From: Ktedonobacterales bacterium
GTDB lineage: Bacteria > Chloroflexota > Ktedonobacteria > Ktedonobacterales > JADMIN01
Assembly: GCA_030167145.1 (NCBI GenBank)
Contig: CP126532.1
Location: 3,000,001 to 3,032,000, forward strand
Length of the DNA: 32,000 nucleotides
Direction: 5' to 3'
In this document: positions 30,732 through 32,000 of the stretch, one piece after another
Numbering within the stretch: position 1 is the first letter of the stretch
How the letters are laid out: each line of letters begins with the position of its first letter
Program-made: the position numbers and the translations under genes
The notes under the pieces: model-generated
The model's database searches: none
Told to the model about the DNA's origin: nothing
The model's input: the letters and a program-made list of their open reading frames with translations, nothing else

Positions 30732-32000
30732 ATGATGCGGGTGAACGGGGAGGACTTCTTTTCGCGGACGCCAGTGGACCTCGAAGGCGCAACCGACGCC
30801 GAAGCCGATGCCGCGCTGGGCGCGCTGCTGCATCTCTACCTGCGCGATAGCTTCGACGAGCACAAAGGCTGCTGGCCGGGCCGCGACGAACACGACACCC
30901 TGCGGCGCACCTGCCACGCCGTGGAAGTGCTGCACCGGCTGAACCTCGACGCCGACACCGCCACGATGGTCCGCGCCGGCGGCAACTGGCTCATCAATCT
31001 GCCCGTCTACGACATCCTCTCCCAGGACGACCGCGACCGGCTGCGGCTCTATCCCAGCCGCTTCAAGACACTGGCGTATCTCAAGCGCTTCGACGACGAC
31101 CTCCTGCGCCGCGACTACGCCGATCTGCTGCGCAAAGAAGTCGGCGGCATGGTGCGCGGCGTCACCGAATCGGACGTGCTCACCACCTGCATCGTGCTGG
31201 ATACGCTGGTGACGCTGGAAGAGAACGGGCAGCGCTATCAGGTCTGCTCCAACGAACGCTACGGGCGCATCATCACCGCGCTCAACCAGCAACTTCGCGG
31301 TTGGAAGCCCCCGAGCGCGCATGCCAGCGGCGCGACACGCGCACGGGCGCAATCTGTGGCCACGAGCGAGGCCAGCGCAGCGACGAGCGGCGGACGCAAG
31401 CGCCGCCCCGCGCCGCCCTGCGAAATTGACAACTGGCGCGACCTCAGCTATGTGCTGGGGCTGCTGCTGACGGCGGACCGCACCAGCATCGCGCCGAAGC
31501 AACTGGAGATCGTGACCAACGCGCTCAGCGCGCAGATCAGCGAGCGCACCCGCGCCCACTTCAGCGATCTGGCCCAGGTCCACTACACCGCGCTGCAACT
31601 GGCCGAGCACTTTCGCGGCGAAGAGACGATTCACAGCGCGATCAGCGCACTGCTCGCCGAACTGCGCGCGACCTACGCCACCCCCGACGCGACCCGCCGC
31701 TGGGACTTCTCGTATCACGCGACAGTGATGCGACTGCTGCTGACGCATCACGGCGATAGCGAACTGGCGCGGCGCGTGGTCGCGCGCTATCTGCGCGACG
31801 CCGAGCGCAGGCACGCGGTGGAGCGCGGCACGGTGGACGTGGAGCTGCGCGCGGTGATTCGCGAGCGCATCGAGATCGAGGTCGGGCATGTGATGGAGCT
31901 TTCCGGCGGCTATACCGACGACCACATCTATCGCGTGCCGTTCGTCTATGGGCATCCCGCGCCCGAACAAGATGGCGCGTGGCATCCCCGGCAAGAAGCC
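30732..32000 (+). CDS. Large hypothetical protein (helical-repeat N-terminal region; possible kinase-like domain starting at the window edge); 3' end beyond the window
   Basis: Absent from the ORF track because it has no stop in the window. Manual translation from ATG 30732 is open for all 423 codons with strong GC3 bias: MMRVNGEDFFSRTPVDLEGATDAEADAALGALLHLYLRDSFDEHKGCWPGRDEHDTLRRTCHAVEVLHRLNLD... It ends ...VGHVMELSGGYTDDHIYRVPF, which resembles the Gly-rich loop of APH/protein-kinase-like folds. The listed minus-strand ORF 30720..31994 is its antisense shadow. Confidence 0.75.
   Translation, partial: MMRVNGEDFFSRTPVDLEGATDAEADAALGALLHLYLRDSFDEHKGCWPGRDEHDTLRRTCHAVEVLHRLNLDADTATMVRAGGNWLINLPVYDILSQDDRDRLRLYPSRFKTLAYLKRFDDDLLRRDYADLLRKEVGGMVRGVTESDVLTTCIVLDTLVTLEENGQRYQVCSNERYGRIITALNQQLRGWKPPSAHASGATRARAQSVATSEASAATSGGRKRRPAPPCEIDNWRDLSYVLGLLLTADRTSIAPKQLEIVTNALSAQISERTRAHFSDLAQVHYTALQLAEHFRGEETIHSAISALLAELRATYATPDATRRWDFSYHATVMRLLLTHHGDSELARRVVARYLRDAERRHAVERGTVDVELRAVIRERIEIEVGHVMELSGGYTDDHIYRVPFVYGHPAPEQDGAWHPRQEA

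Noticed and set aside
30720-31994. Minus-strand 424-aa ORF listed in the track
   Set aside because: Its composition (Ala/Arg/Gly/Val/His-rich) is shadow-like. The plus-strand frame from 30732 is open to the window edge and has a sensible, helix-rich protein sequence with GC3 bias. The track omits it only because it has no stop codon in the window.

Overview
High-GC (roughly 60-65% by eye) bacterial chromosomal window; the split gcvPA/gcvPB and gene content fit a Chloroflexi- or Firmicute-like lineage, but taxonomy cannot be established from sequence alone. The first ~20 kb is mostly ordinary: a partial SDR epimerase, two lipoproteins, an acyl-CoA dehydrogenase, a membrane-anchored CHAP peptidase, a secreted PQQ-like beta-propeller protein, a complete glycine-cleavage operon (gcvT-gcvH-gcvPA-gcvPB), an NYN-domain protein, an ASKHA-like protein, two polytopic membrane proteins, an intact lower-GC IS607-family element (serine-recombinase tnpA plus tnpB) and an M28/PKD peptidase. 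The last ~12 kb looks accessory. An ECF-like sigma factor and an XRE-HTH gene converge on a minus-strand module: DprA-like Rossmann protein, then a PLD(HKD)-SNF2 helicase-nuclease fusion (1120 aa), then an Eco57I/TaqI-like gamma-class N6-adenine methyltransferase (1105 aa). This module is the best candidate for a non-canonical restriction-modification or defence system. Its domain inventory resembles a split Type ISP enzyme or a stripped-down class 1 DISARM, without DrmA/DrmB, HsdS or BREX partners. Three things stand out around it. (i) A sharp ~900-bp low-GC cassette covers the NPPY-to-TRD part of the methyltransferase gene, suggesting a specificity-domain swap. (ii) GTAG-hairpin REP-like elements sit in every intergenic gap of the module, with 27-bp identical copies on both flanks. 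(iii) A ~550-bp non-coding array of about 23 CGGC-core motifs with strict 9-bp spacing lies downstream of a near-consensus orphan promoter. A large plus-strand gene missing from the ORF track (30732 to beyond 32000) follows. All calls come from manual reading of the sequence and motif recall; no searches were run.
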